Below, in pieces: positions 40,761 through 54,079 of a stretch of 64,000 bases of DNA. Numbering within the stretch: the first letter of the stretch is position 1; each line of letters begins with the position of its first letter. Source of the stretch: Octopus sinensis. Taxonomy: Eukaryota. The position numbers and the translations under genes are program-made. The stretch is taken from the NCBI RefSeq assembly GCF_006345805.1, contig NC_043018.1:2108001-2172000 (forward strand), read 5' to 3'. Below the pieces are notes generated by a model, which did no database searches, had not been told where the DNA came from, and saw only the letters and a program-made list of their open reading frames with translations.

Positions 40761-41739
40761 TAATAATAATAATACCAAAAACAACAATAATGGTTTCAAA
40801 TTTTGGCACAGCGGCAGTCATTGGGAGGAGGGGGTAAGGCAGTCCTATCGACCCCAGTACTCAACTGGTACTTATTTCATTGACTCCGGAAGCAGGAAAT
40901 GCAAAATCTCGAGGAAGTAGTTACTCCCAGATTTTCATGGCTTTCATGAAGATGCAAGTTTTCGTAGTATTAATTTATTATCGATACTCTCATGTTTATA
41001 CTTGAGGCGTTGGTGGATAGGGTAAGGATTGATGTGGGCAGACTCAACGAAGCCAGTAGAGTCTCTACTAATTCTCATACCTCTTGCACGACTCCTAGTA
41101 GGAACGGTTTACGTCCAGGATTTTAGTGTTATTGCTGGATGTGTGCGGTGTGTCGTCGTTGCGGTAATTTTGTTACGGTCTCCATTTTGTTGCTTTCAGC
41201 ATCGTCAACATATTTTTTTTGTAACTTCTACTGCTTTCGCTGTTGTTGTTGTTGTTGTTGTTTTTGCACAATCTCTCCCCGCACAACTTCTGTTGGAGAC
41301 AATGGAAGTAATTTATAGTCAGTGTTGCTGATGGCGGAGAATATTTTGTGACTTTGCTTCTCATAACAATCCTCGACAGGTTGATGTACGTGCTATGTAT
41401 CATATTTTCTCTGCTGTTACGACGAACGTTATTTCACTGATTTATTTCCAAGTTTTTTTGTTTTTTTTTACCGTTTTGTAAATTTGAAAACAAAATATTG
41501 AAAAAACGGAAATTTTCAAAAACAACTTTGACCCATTTAAACCGAGGCAAATATAGAAACTGAATAGACAGACTGTTGGTTATTTTGTGAACAAAACATT
41601 TAACAATAATAATAAATTAGTGAAGTGTAGGCGATAAATTTCCAAAACACCTTGCGGACCGCATGCTGTATATGTTTTATATGGCGAACACAGGGGAAAA
41701 AAACTAAAGCATACGAATATAAATAACGTTGATGATGAT

Positions 41740-41740
41740 G

Positions 41741-41774
<34 letters not shown>

Positions 41775-41854
41775 CAAGAACACCACTATCACCACCATCA
41801 CCACCACAAACAACAACAACAACAACAGCAACAACAACAATAATAATAATAATA

Positions 41855-41950
<96 letters not shown>

Positions 41951-41961
41951 TAATAATATTG

Positions 41962-42005
<44 letters not shown>

Positions 42006-42028
42006 TAATAATAATAATAATAATAGTA

Positions 42029-42063
<35 letters not shown>

Positions 42064-42073
42064 TAATATAATA

Positions 42074-42124
<51 letters not shown>

Positions 42125-42140
42125 TAATAATAATGATAAT
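41740..42140. repeat. (AAT)n/(AAC)n trinucleotide microsatellite
   Basis: Direct reading; similar arrays lie at 36490-36800, 37845-38155 and 48100-48480. Confidence 0.95.
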
Positions 42141-42649
42141 AACTTCAAATTTCGGCACAATGCTAGCAGCTCGGAAAAGAATGTCGATATAATCGATCTC
42201 AATGCTCAAGTGGTACTTAAAATTTATCGAACCCGAAGCGATTTAAGTGAAAGTCGACCTCGGCGGAATTTGATTTCAGAACGTAAAGACGGACAAAATG
42301 CTGATGAACATTTTGTGCGGCATTATTCTATTCATTTATTATTTATCATGCACCGACGAGCACAAATCTTTAACAAAAAGCACCAATATTGAGTATATAA
42401 TTAAAGCTCGATGCAGGGAAATATTTATTTTACTACAATGTTCTTACAGCAAATGAAAAGCTGGATAACACAGGGAAATGAAATGTCGGGGGTAACTAAT
42501 ACGCATCTAAAAGCACGACCTGGATAATAAATAGATACCTTAAAATGCTTTCCCAAACTGGGAAAATTAAGAAGAATCAAAATATGATATTGAAATGGCA
42601 GTATGTATTTCAATCACAGGCAATAAATAAAAACAACTAAAATCATTTA

Positions 42650-43500
42650 AAAAAAATATTGAGGATATAACTATTCCATGCAACTAGAACTATTTCAAGC
42701 AAAATGAATACAGAAAATAAGTAAAAAAGCAAAAGTCTCCTGAAACCCTACAGATTATTGAACAACAAAAGCCAAGCCAGAAATAGCGCAAATGTGGGAA
42801 AAGTTTAAAAGCAGGAAACTCCAAAGGTGGAAATCGTGACCCTGACAACCTGGTTCTGGAAACGTTTTAAGAATTACAAACCACAGAATATCTTTATATT
42901 GACCAAATTGAGAAGCTCAAGGAGAAAAAAAAAACTGAACGTTAAAATAACATCAATAATAATAAATAAAAACTCGGTCATCACAGAATTACGGAAAAAC
43001 AACGCCAAGAAGGCTATAAATGAAATAATGCATGCAACAGCCATTGGAAATGGGCATTTCCTCAGATCTACTGGAATAGAAAATCAAAATACAAGCAAAC
43101 AGCGCGGAAAACAAACCTCCAGAAAACCAAAGGAAATCAATTGAAAAAAAAAATGATGGGCAGACAAATACGACAGGGATATATAACAAAGAAAAATAAA
43201 TATCAGAAATCGAAGAAAGTCTGAACCAAGTGATCCTGGGTAAGTCGCAAGGAATCTGGCAGAATGATAAAGAATCTATATCGATTGTTTGAACAAAACA
43301 AACAGTTGGAAATCAACCCCAAATGATTTTCTGGAGAACTTCATAAGAATAAAACAGAAGTCAATACAACAATAACAGCAGGAGAGGTAAAAGTATTTGA
43401 GGAAGGACTCTAGGCAGGAATCAAACCATCGATAAAATGATTGGATAAAACAAAGAAGACAACATCTGAACGACTGTGGGAAGCCAACAATATTTAAAAT
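42650..43500 (+). pseudogene. Decayed non-LTR retrotransposon, probably the pre-RT region of an R4/Dong-type ORF
   Basis: A-rich coding-like strand with AINEIMHATAI, KNLYRLFEQNKQ and a ...DWIKQ-like motif, resembling the region upstream of the RT domain in R4/Dong elements; many stops and frameshifts. Confidence 0.45.
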
Positions 43501-43609
43501 TAAAGTGAAAGGTACAAACATAAATGCTTTCAAAGGCGTGAATAATATATTTAACAGGAACCTATCAGGTGTAGTTCACACGTTTAATGAGATGATGGTG
43601 CAGTGAAAG

Positions 43610-43780
43610 ACAACGAGTGTCTGACTAATGGGCCTGTGTGGGGGTGGGGGATGGTTAGCTGCTGAGTACATTGTAAAGACTATCGCGTCGTCTTCCTTTG
43701 GCCAGGAAGGACTGACAGACTGTCTAGTGACCTTCCTGAAAGAGGATACATGGTTGACGACATTTAAAGAGTTCAATCCA
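43610..43780 (+). pseudogene. Older fragment of an L1/Tx1-like ORF2 C-terminus
   Basis: LAAEYIVKTIASSSFGQEGLTDCLVTFLKE parallels VSAEFILKAAHSSSFGQDG at ~44250; shared gtcttcctttggccagga. Confidence 0.5.
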
Positions 43781-44219
43781 AATCCTCAACTGTCATTTTG
43801 TATAAACCCCTATCAACTTGATTCATATTTCACTTGGAAATAAAAGCGACAATTATGCCAATATGGACGTGGACGAATCGTATCAGGTCATCCTGATCGT
43901 ATCTAAACAGGGTATGCTGTAAGCGTGTAGATGAGAATAGTATAATTTGTACACTTATCAAAATTGTCGGCTCCATACGCCACAAGTTTTTGATCTGTGC
44001 CGTTGACCTATAAAGGCTTAGAAGGCAGCGACCCAGTTACAGGTTCTGAACGCGTCACTCCTGGAGTGCCAACCATGCAGTGACCAGATTAGAGAATTAG
44101 CTAAGCGGGCTTTGACAGGGATAATCGTCACCAAATTGTGATTTGCCCTGAAAAAGACCATTAAAGTAGTATTACTTAGGTTGTCTGAGCAATGCTGACT
44201 TGTGGGTTTATGTGGAACG

Positions 44220-44716
44220 TATGCTGTCACGTGTAGGACGGATTCGGGTGTCAGCTGAGTTCATCTTGAAGGCCGCCCATTCGTCTTCCTTTGGCCAGGA
44301 TGGGTGAGGAGTATTTGTTTTAAGGTGAACGTAGCGAAAAATTGAAAGGGCTGAAGACTGACACATTCCTCTTTGGCCAATCACTCATCAGGTCTTTCAA
44401 GTGCCACGTGAAAAGGAAAGCAAGGGTGGAGAGTGAGGGTCCTGCCTCCCAACAGTTGTTCTAAAAGATGGGTGAATGTAGTGCGAATATTTTGAGTGAA
44501 CGGCCCCTACACTAAGCATGCGCCGCAAGAATGAGGGAGTTGAAGAGAAGGGATTTGCCATAGAGGTCAAGATGATCGTGTATTCTGTGGTGATTCCACA
44601 AGCAGCCCTAGGAAGTTTCCCTCTTTTGGGTATTTTTAAATGTCAGAACTTTATTTGCATTTTTTCTGTACAACTTTTCAATACATTTAGGTGAACACTT
44701 ATTGGTGAATAAAGAA
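44220..44716 (+). mobile_element. L1/Tx1-like LINE 3' end with 3' UTR and AATAAA
   Basis: LSRVGRIRVSAEFILK...LKGLKTDTFLFGQSLIRSFKCHVKRKARVESE...KRWVNVVR, then a non-coding tail ending gaataaagaaaac near 44708-44719. Confidence 0.55.
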
Positions 44717-45406
44717 AACAACTATAAATATGTGAGTGTTTAAGGGAAGAGTAGTAACAAGCGGCACATTTACCCGTTGGCATAAATCTGTATCACGGAC
44801 GGGACAGTTTGTTAGTGTACATTGATTATTGTCCCTTATTCGTTTCTAAGTGAGGTGTCCTCTCAGAGAAGGGCTGGAGTGGGCTAGTTATATGTCTATC
44901 CCTTCTCTCTTTATCGCACTTCGCATGGATGTAGTTATCCTCTCGCTAAAATGGGGTATTTTAAGGAAGCATGTGTTGCTGGGAAGCTGCTCGTATAATA
45001 CTTAACTTAGAAGCAGCGCTATGGATGTACCAGCACACACGAGATATAGACATGGCCGACCTCACACACTTCTATTAAGGAATACTGCAGTGTTCTTGAA
45101 ATAAAGAGGATGTTTACACTTTCGAATACTCAGGCAGAAAGGAAATTTTTACGTATTCACAGAAGTGGTAAATATTAAAGTTATTAAAGCTGATCGTTTG
45201 TGGATTCAAAAACTGTGGATATGTAAGTTTCTTATCTTATTTTGAGGGAATTTCAAATACAGGAAATTGTAGATATTCCAGGTTTTGAGAGTTATTTTTC
45301 TGTTGTGCTGCTGGGTTGTATTTGTGTTTCTATGTCTTCAGCTTCTGACTGGTCAGAGGAACGAAGAACACGTCCAGACGCTGTCGAGGCTGGTGCTTGA
45401 TTCTTC

Positions 45407-45440
<34 letters not shown>

Positions 45441-45812
45441 GAGTGAGAGAGCAGTTCATGCCATCAAAGTGACACTGGGGTAAAATATACGAAGCCCAGT
45501 ATACCCATCATGACTACCCGTCTGATAAGGGTACACCAGGCACATGCATCTCAACCATATGTGCGCGACATGGTGATCTCATATCAAGATAAACAGCACA
45601 TGACCTTGCAGGTGGGGCCCAGTTAGAATTTTCTTCTGGTCGAGTAACCCATCCCACTCAAAAGGTCCCTGAATAAGGGTTGTTTAAGGATGTTGAAAGA
45701 ACCACCTATGTTTCCAGAGGTGAATTATTCAAACCCCAAAGAATCCCTCTCAACACATGGCTATGATGCTCCCCCACTACTTCTGCTCGTGATCAGAGAT
45801 GCATTATTATCA
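45407..45812 (-). mobile_element. Family-D dispersed repeat, second copy
   Basis: Reverse complement of 40370-40760 with a (ATT)n tail on the left. Confidence 0.7.
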
Positions 45813-45830
45813 TTATTATTATTATTATTA

Positions 45831-45861
<31 letters not shown>

Positions 45862-46019
45862 TTGGTTTTTTTTCCTGCGCCAGTCAAAATGCTGTGGAGT
45901 ATTTTTTGCGACATTTTAGATTACGAATTTGCCCTCCAACTTTTGCAAATATAAAGTACCATCAAATACAGAAATCAATTAAAACATTGCTTTCAGAAAT
46001 GATGACCATCATCGCCAAA

Positions 46020-46460
46020 ATTACGACGACGACGACTACAAACACCACCTCAACCACCACCACCACAACCACCACCGCCACCACCACCTCCACCACCTCC
46101 ACCACCACCTCCACCACCACCACAACAACAACATCACCACCACCACCACCACCGCCACCATCACCGCCACCTCTACCATCACTACAACCACCACTACCAT
46201 CATCTTCGCCGCTTTTGTCATCGTCCTCATCATCATCGTCCTTTCAATATCGTCCACCATCGACAACATCATCATCACCCGCACCACTGTCTTCATCATA
46301 ACTGTGTTCTTTCGCATTATCGTCGTCATCATCAGCATTATCATCTTCATGACCATCATCATCATGATCATCATCATCATTATTTGCTGCATTATCGTTA
46401 TCTTCATCCTCGTCCTCAACATTATCGTCTTCGCTGTTCTCCTCCTCATCCCGATATCGC
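46020..46460. repeat. (CAC)n/(CAT)n degenerate trinucleotide field
   Basis: Direct reading; it produces the poly-T/P/S ORF 45690-46301, which is not considered coding. Confidence 0.9.
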
Positions 46461-46994
46461 CATCATCAGAAGAAATTATCATTGATATTATGTTTATTTT
46501 ATTTCATATCAAAGAGAACGATATCGTTATCTCTTCTGGAGGTTTCTTAATATTTTATTGTTACAGCACATGTGAACAGTATCTGTGAACATGAAATAAA
46601 GGTTACAGAGAAAAATCTATAACATACGAGGAGATAAAGGCTATGCAGATTAAATGATTCTAAATTGATATCACGTCATTTATGATGCGTTGATAAATAT
46701 ATTCATAATGAAAAATTGATAATTCATTTTAATATTGTCAATAAGTTTATCTGCGTTTGTATTAGAAATCAATATTGTTAAATAAGATAGTATTGTTCAA
46801 AGAATACAATTCTGTTTCATATAGTGAAGGCAGATGTAAATATGGTGGAAAACGAAATGACGCTAAGAAAACAAAAGATGTGTATTGTGCGTATATATAT
46901 GTGTATGTGTGTGTGCCTGTATGCATTATGTATATATATATATTTATATATGCGTGTTTGTGCATATGTGCCTATATGTCTGCCTGTGTCTGTG

Positions 46995-47073
<79 letters not shown>

Positions 47074-47313
47074 GTACATGTATATGTTTATGTGTATGTA
47101 GGTCTATAATAATATATATGTGTTTGTTAATATACACGTTCATATATGTATGTTTATAGAGTTATATACATATGTGAATCTATATCTCCGTCTAGGTACC
47201 TATGTATCTATAAAAATATGTATATACTATGTACTCCTATACACATATACTTACATACGTACGCAGACGGACACATGTATACATACATACATACATATAT
47301 ATATATATTATAT

Positions 47314-47344
<31 letters not shown>

Positions 47345-47377
47345 GTATGTATACATGTATCCGTCTGTGTACGTAAG

Positions 47378-47421
<44 letters not shown>

Positions 47422-47731
47422 CATAATTATATATACATTGTCAATCCACATCACACTGTTAGGAACATAGGCCCGGTTTCCTGGTTTCTCTGGCATGTAT
47501 ATAATCCTCCCTGGATGCGAGTGGTGTGGAATGAAGTGTTTAGCTGAACAACACAATATAACGCGCGCGCGAGAGAGAGAGAGAGAACGTAAGAGAGAGA
47601 GGAGAAAGAGAGAGAGAGAGAGAGAGAAAAAGAGAAACTGAAAATATTCAGATTAACGCATTTGATTTAACATATTGATAATTTATATTCACTACAAAAA
47701 TGAATCACAATAGATAACAATAACAACCCCT

Positions 47732-47771
<40 letters not shown>

Positions 47772-47790
47772 TAATAATAATAATAATAAA

Positions 47791-48103
47791 GGCCCCCTTC
47801 GGTCATGAGTGACCATGGGTTTGCACCTAGAGAGTTACCCTCTGAGGCACAAGTCTGGGCAAGGTTGTTTTATGGAAGACCAGTAGTCACCCATGCATAC
47901 CGGCCTCCCCTCTCCACGGCACCAGTGTTATCCAAGGGAAAGACAAAGGTCGATACAGCTTGGCACCTGTGACGTCGCAACTCATTTCTACAGCTGAGTG
48001 AACTGGAGCAACGTGAAATAAGTGTCTTGCTCAAGAACAACAGCACGCAGCCCGGTCCGGGATTCGAGCTCACAACCTCACGATCGTAAGCTCGACGCTC
48101 TAA
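47791..48103 (-). mobile_element. Family-C SINE with its head partly replaced by (AAT)n
   Basis: Matches 62645-62960; B-box gctcgaatcc on the minus strand. Confidence 0.85.
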
Positions 48104-48173
48104 TAATAATAATAATAATTAATAATAATGAAAATAATAATAATAATATAATATAATAATAAAATAATAATAA

Positions 48174-48207
<34 letters not shown>

Positions 48208-48208
48208 T

Positions 48209-48240
<32 letters not shown>

Positions 48241-48298
48241 TAATAATAAAATAATAAAATAATAATATAATATAATAATAATAAAATAATAATAATAA

Positions 48299-48367
<69 letters not shown>

Positions 48368-48414
48368 TATAATAATAATAATAATAAAAAAAATAATAAT
48401 AATAATAATATAAT

Positions 48415-48446
<32 letters not shown>

Positions 48447-48480
48447 CTAATAAAAAATAATATAATAATAATAATAATAA

Positions 48481-48680
48481 CATGAGCATCGAAAAATACC
48501 TTAGAAATGTGAACCCAGGTTCGAAATTTCCCCAAGACACCTGATGGAGGCTCGAGTGTATACCAATCGAAACGTTGTGTTAACAACAAAATAGATGAGG
48601 ACAAATATCCGTCAAATGTAAATAATATAAATGATGTAAATAATGTACATAATTCCTCATCCCTTAAATATAGACCTGAA
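48481..48680 (+). mobile_element. Penelope-like short repeat with a mutated minimal hammerhead, adjacent to (AAT)n
   Basis: ACAC-CTGATGG-AGGCT...AATC-GAAACGTT-GTGT at 48537-48580. Stem I and the GAAACGTT arm are intact; A9 and stem II are degraded. Confidence 0.5.
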
Positions 48681-48940
48681 TATAAATATAATTTTATATA
48701 CATTTTATTATGTTATCACTTTCCTTGTGTCAGTAAATACACTGCGGTCATGCTGGATTCTTTAGCTGCAGAAATCGACCCCACGACTTAATCTTTGTAA
48801 GCTTAGTACTTATTCTATCATGTATTTTGACGAACCACTAAGTGAAAAGGGGACGTAAACACACCAACAACGGTTGCCAAGCAATGATAGGGAGACAAAC
48901 ACATACACACATAATAAATTCATATATATATATATATATA

Positions 48941-49349
48941 ATGTGAAATAGAAAGATGAATAATCTTGTAGTAGATTAATCAAAAGTTTAACCGATACCT
49001 TAGTAGCAAAAATCACAGCAGTGAACAGCACGGTTGGAGGTACAACCATCTGGCGTTGCAACCGATGCCTGACCTGTTGAATTCTTCAGCCACCGGTTCT
49101 CAACATACACTGATAAACAGTTTCGCCATGGGCTCTTAGGAGCATAGTTCGATTTGTTTTTTGCTCTGCCTCTGTTCTGTTTTTGTTTTTCCAACGGATT
49201 TCCTTTTTTCTTCCTGAAGAGAAAGACACAATATGGTCCCATTATTCAATCGGATTTTGGTAATTTGTGCCTTTCGAACACGTGTAGAATGAAATAAAAC
49301 GTCTGTTCAATCTGCGTTCAGCTCCATTTCTTCAATTCACAATAATGTT
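48941..49349 (+). mobile_element. Hammerhead-bearing non-autonomous retroelement, copy 2, inserted in the (TA)n of a family-B SINE
   Basis: Homologous to 192-634. The host SINE (minus) is split into 48730-48915 and 49385-49510. The hammerhead at 49207-49294 has GAAC instead of GAAAC. Confidence 0.75.
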
Positions 49350-49517
49350 ATATATATATATATATATATATACATATATTAACACACAACAGGCTTCTTT
49401 CTGTTTCCGTCCACTCAGAAGACATTGATCGGACCGTGCCTAAGGCGCACTGGAACTGAACTCGGAACATATGGGAAGCTAGCATCTTACTATCTTACTA
49501 CACAGGCACGTCTACAC

Positions 49518-49569
<52 letters not shown>

Positions 49570-49811
49570 GTATATATACCAATATATATATATATATGTA
49601 TGTATGTATATATCATTTTTGTTTCAGTTAGTTGACTGTGGTCATGATGGAGCACCGCATTTTAGTCGAACAAATCGACCACTAGACTTATTCTTTGTAA
49701 GCCTGGAGCTTACTATATCAGTATCTTCTACTGAACCGCTAGGTTACGGGGATGTAAACACACCAACATCGGTTATTAAGCGATAGTCGGGTGAGGGTGG
49801 TGACAAATACA

Positions 49812-50080
49812 GACACTAAAGATGAACTGAAGGCAAGGATTATTGCAGCATTCACCAACTTAAACAAGGACACCGTCCAGACGAGTTGCAGGAGAATCCC
49901 AAGTCGTCTCGAGGCCGTGTTTGAAGCCAATGGCGGTCTCACTGAATAAATGTATTCTTCAGCATTTGAAGATGTTTCTATGTAATTTTGGGTAAATATA
50001 TCAGCTAAAATGAGATGTTAGTGTTATCTTCATCTTTGCGATTTTTTTCTATGACGACAATATATTCACCGCACCCTGTA
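49812..50080 (+). mobile_element. Tc1/mariner-superfamily (maT/rosa-like) 3' fragment with right TIR
   Basis: TKDELKARIIAAFTNLNKDTVQTSCRRIPSRLEAVFEANGGLTE*; ends attcaccgcaccctgta (TIR TACAGGGTGCGGTGAAT). Confidence 0.7.
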
Positions 50081-50558
50081 GTGGCTGTGTGGTAAGTAGC
50101 TTGCTAACCAACCACATGGTTCCGGGTTCAGTCCTACTGCGTGGCATCTTGGGAAAGTGTCTTCTGCTATAGCCCCGGGCCTTGTGAGTGGATTTGGTAG
50201 ACAGAAACTGAAAGAAACCTGTCGTATATATGTATATATATATGTGTGTGTTTGTGTGTGTGTGTGATTGCCCCCCTAGCATTGCTTGACAAACGATGTT
50301 GGTGTGTTTACGTCCCCGTCACTTAGCGGTTCGGCAAAACAGACCGATAGAATAAGTACTGGGCTTACAAAGAATAAGTCCCGGGGTCGATTTGCTCGAC
50401 TAAAGGCGGTGCTCCAGCATGGCCGCAGTCAAAATGACAAACAAATAAAAGAGTAAAAGAGTATATTACATACATACATAAATACATACGTATATATATA
50501 TACATATACATACGCACACACACACACACATATATATATGTATATATATATAATATAT

Positions 50559-50598
<40 letters not shown>

Positions 50599-50997
50599 GC
50601 TGTGCGGTAAGTAGCTTGTTTACCAACCACATGGTTCCGGGTTCAGTCCCACTGCGTGGGACCTTGGGCAAGTGTCTTCTACCATAGCCTCGGGCCGACC
50701 AAAGCCTTGTGAGTGGATTTGGTAGACGGAAACTGAAAGAAGCCTGTCGTATGTATGTAAGTATATATATATATATATATATATGCGTGTGTGTGTTTGT
50801 GTGTCTGTGTTTGTCCCCCTATCATTGCTTGACAACCGATGCTGGTGTGTTTATGTCCCCGTTACTTAGCGGTTCGGCAAAAGAGACCGATAGAATAAGT
50901 ACTGGGCTTATACGGGGTAGATTTGCTCGATTAAAGGCGGTGCTCCAGCATGGCCGCAGTCAAATGACTGAAACTAATAAAAAGAGTAAAAAGAGTA
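50081..50997 (+). mobile_element. Two tandem family-B SINEs (50081-50462, 50599-50997)
   Basis: Each has the tRNA-like head, central microsatellite and the ggtgctccagcatggccgcagtcaaatgac tail. Confidence 0.88.
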
Positions 50998-52250
50998 TAT
51001 ATATATATATATAAAGTAATTTAATAGAATATATAACTGCCAACTGTCACATTGTTCTATAGAATGTTTCATTTCCACCTAAATACCAAAGCTGTGATAG
51101 CGGGTTTCGCCGACATCTCTACACTTATTGGTAACCTGTCAACGTATTTACTCTACCTACCAAACCAATTAGAGACACAATGAGTGATGCATATTCTAAA
51201 AGCCAGTCCAATCTCCACTTCCAGAGCTGAGAAGTAGCAATGTCTTATCTTCTTTGCGCTTTGTCAATTGCTGTTACTATGGCAAATTATTAGATCAATA
51301 TTGTCCTTTTTATTCATTATGAAATTATGCCAGTTATATTCTGTCTAAGCTAATAATCTGCCTGCGTGTTTTTACCTATGTTTATCACAGTCTTCATCTA
51401 ATCTAATATAACTGGACGATGTGGTGGTATTGGGTGTTATGTATCAAACAGAGCCAACTCACTTCATGAAATATTTCTTCTAAGCACATACATATTTATG
51501 GATTTCCAGCAAGTTGTCCAGGTTAATAACATATATGTCGTCAAACTTTTGAACAGTTTATTTTCTCCCCTCATCGTCACGTTTAGTAGCTGCAGTCCCG
51601 CGTTCTTTAGTATGTCAGAATATATTACTTCTGACTGTCAAACTACGAAACACTTTCTGTATACTGTCCGACTGCAGGTTCAATTTATAGATGTATGTTT
51701 GTAGTGTTGCTACTGGATTTATTATTTTTTAAAAAACTTATATCAGCCCCGAACTGGGATATTTAATGTCAAACAGCTTGCGACTATAAAAGCCAATATT
51801 CCGAGAATATAAAATCCAGTTAATTTAAAATCAAACTATTGTTAACTTTGTGTTTCAGACTCACGTCAGAGGTAAAAATCATATCAAAGCTATGTTTTGA
51901 ATTTGCTTTGGTATTCTGCATTCCGAGTTCAAATCTAGCAAACTTTGATGGTTAGCACCTTATTCGAGATTCGAGATTATATGGTCAATTTGATGATCAT
52001 TTCCACGTGATTTGAGAGAGATTTAAGGGTGATTTGGCAGCTACTTTTATGAAATCAAGCTACAATATAATATTTTATATTTTTCATGTTTAGGGTGATG
52101 TTAGGGCGCTGCTTTGAAGGGTTTTGTCGAACAAACAATCCCAGTAGTTATTTTTTTAAGTCTGACATTTATTGTCTCATACCATTTTACGATTGACACA
52201 TTTCAATTTATTGACATAATATTGTATTACTATTATAATATAATATGATA

Positions 52251-52647
52251 TCTTTATATATAAAAGTGAGGTTGTGTGCTGTCTGTCGCCTACGATTTAG
52301 ATTCTTAACTACTCCCACATTTTGCGGTGCAGTCTAACCAAAACCGGGTATCTTATAGTCGTGATTCATATCGAACCCTTCTGGGTATTAGCGTGCGTCT
52401 ACGATGAGTCTACGATTTAAAAAAAAACTTACCATCATTTTTTCCCATTTGTAATGCATTTTATTGCTATTATATAAGGGAAGTACTCTCTAAAATTTTA
52501 TTATTAAATTTCAGAACGTAAAAAGCTACAGTAACACCCCCCTTTGTGGTTAGCCATATTGAGATGGCTATTATACTTTACATCTCTAAAAATGCTTATA
52601 TAGTTATTTCCCTTACAAACCCGAACAACGCCAGGCGATACTGCTAG
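52251..52647 (+). mobile_element. Non-autonomous Helitron-like element, copy 1
   Basis: 5' TC after A; 3' CTAG before T; subterminal hairpin-like cccgaacaacgccagg; no TSD. Confidence 0.75.
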
Positions 52648-52847
52648 TAATATAAATATAAATATTATAAGCCTACAATTGGTTCAATTCAAAACCAATA
52701 ATAAATTTATAAAAATTCATGTTTATCGGTAAGCATCTCTTCAGGGAAATGTTTGACAACAATTACATATCAGGAGTTTTAGATCCTAGAAAAGACTGAA
52801 TTAAATACGTTTATGTGTGTAAGCGTGAGCGTCAATGAGTAAACATA

Positions 52848-53215
52848 CCTTTATATATAAAAGTGAGGTTGTGTGCTGTATGTCTCCTACGATTTAGATT
52901 CCTAACTACTCCCATATTTTGCGGTGCAGTTTAACCAAAACCGGGTATCTTATAGTCGTGATTCATATCGAGCCCTTCTGGGTATTAGCGCGCGTCTACG
53001 ATGAGTCTACGATTTAAAAAAAATTTACCATCATTTTTTTCCATTTTAATTCATTTTATCGCTATTATATAAGGGAAGTAACTCTCTAAAAATGTCTACG
53101 ATGAGTCAACCATTTTTAATGCATTTTTTTGCTATTTTTTTGGCTATAACTCTCTAAAAATGCTTATATAGTTATTTCCCTTACAAACCCGAGCAACGCC
53201 GGGTGATACTGCTAG
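52848..53215 (+). mobile_element. Non-autonomous Helitron-like element, copy 2
   Basis: Same 5' (ctttatatataaaagtgaggttg) and 3' (acccgagcaacgccgggtgatactgCTAG|T) ends, with hairpin acccg/cgggt. Confidence 0.78.
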
Positions 53216-54079
53216 TATATAATAAAATGTACAATAAAAAGGAAAAATTAAAATAAATAAAAGACAAATATATTAATAAAATTGGTTTGGGAAGACGGAC
53301 ATCTGTGTTTGTGTTTGTTCGTGTGCGTGCGCATAACTGTACGAGACTCTGTGTGTGTGTGTGTGTGTGTATGATGCAATAACTGAATGTGTATGTTGGT
53401 ATCTGTATGTGTAACGTACCGAATGCGTGTGGATTGTCTGCTGATACTTGTGTGTGTGTGTGTAAGAGTTGTTATCTGTGTACGATTGTGTAGCAATATA
53501 TGACTCTAATTGTCTGCCGATGTCTGTGCATATGTGTGTGTGTGTGTGTGTTTATATTTATGCATGTGTGTATGTATAAATCGAATGGAATGTGTGTATG
53601 TGTACGTAACACTATGTGACTCTGTTTGAGTGTGTATGTGCGTATGTCGCTATCTGCGTGCGTTTGTGTAACAATAGGAGACTATGCAAATGCCAGCTGG
53701 TATCTGCTGGCGAGTGGCTTGGAGGTTAGGGTGCTCGGCTCGTGATTTGAGTTCGAAAACCAGCGGCGTGTTTTCACACGGTATGCCTCCAGTCCACTCT
53801 GTTGGCAAAAGTGGATTCTACCTGTAATTCACAGGGGCCAGCCTTGTACATATATCATGACGTATATGTGTGTGTCTGTATTTATTGCCCACCACCACTT
53901 GACGACACGTGCTGGTATGTTTGGATTCCTGTAACGTAGCGGTAGGGCAATAGAGACCGATAGAATAAGTACGATGCTTTAAAAATAAGTCCTGGGGTCG
54001 ATTCTTTAGACTAGACATTCTAAAAGACGGTGCCCCGGTGTGGCTGCAGTCTAGTGATCAACAACTAGCAAAATATACA

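Noticed and set aside
41318-41440. Peptide SVADGGEYFVTLLLITILDRLMYVLCIIFSLLL, reminiscent of a Cys-loop receptor M4 or SLC6 segment
   Set aside because: An in-frame stop lies just upstream, the family motifs do not continue, and no other parts of such a gene were found.
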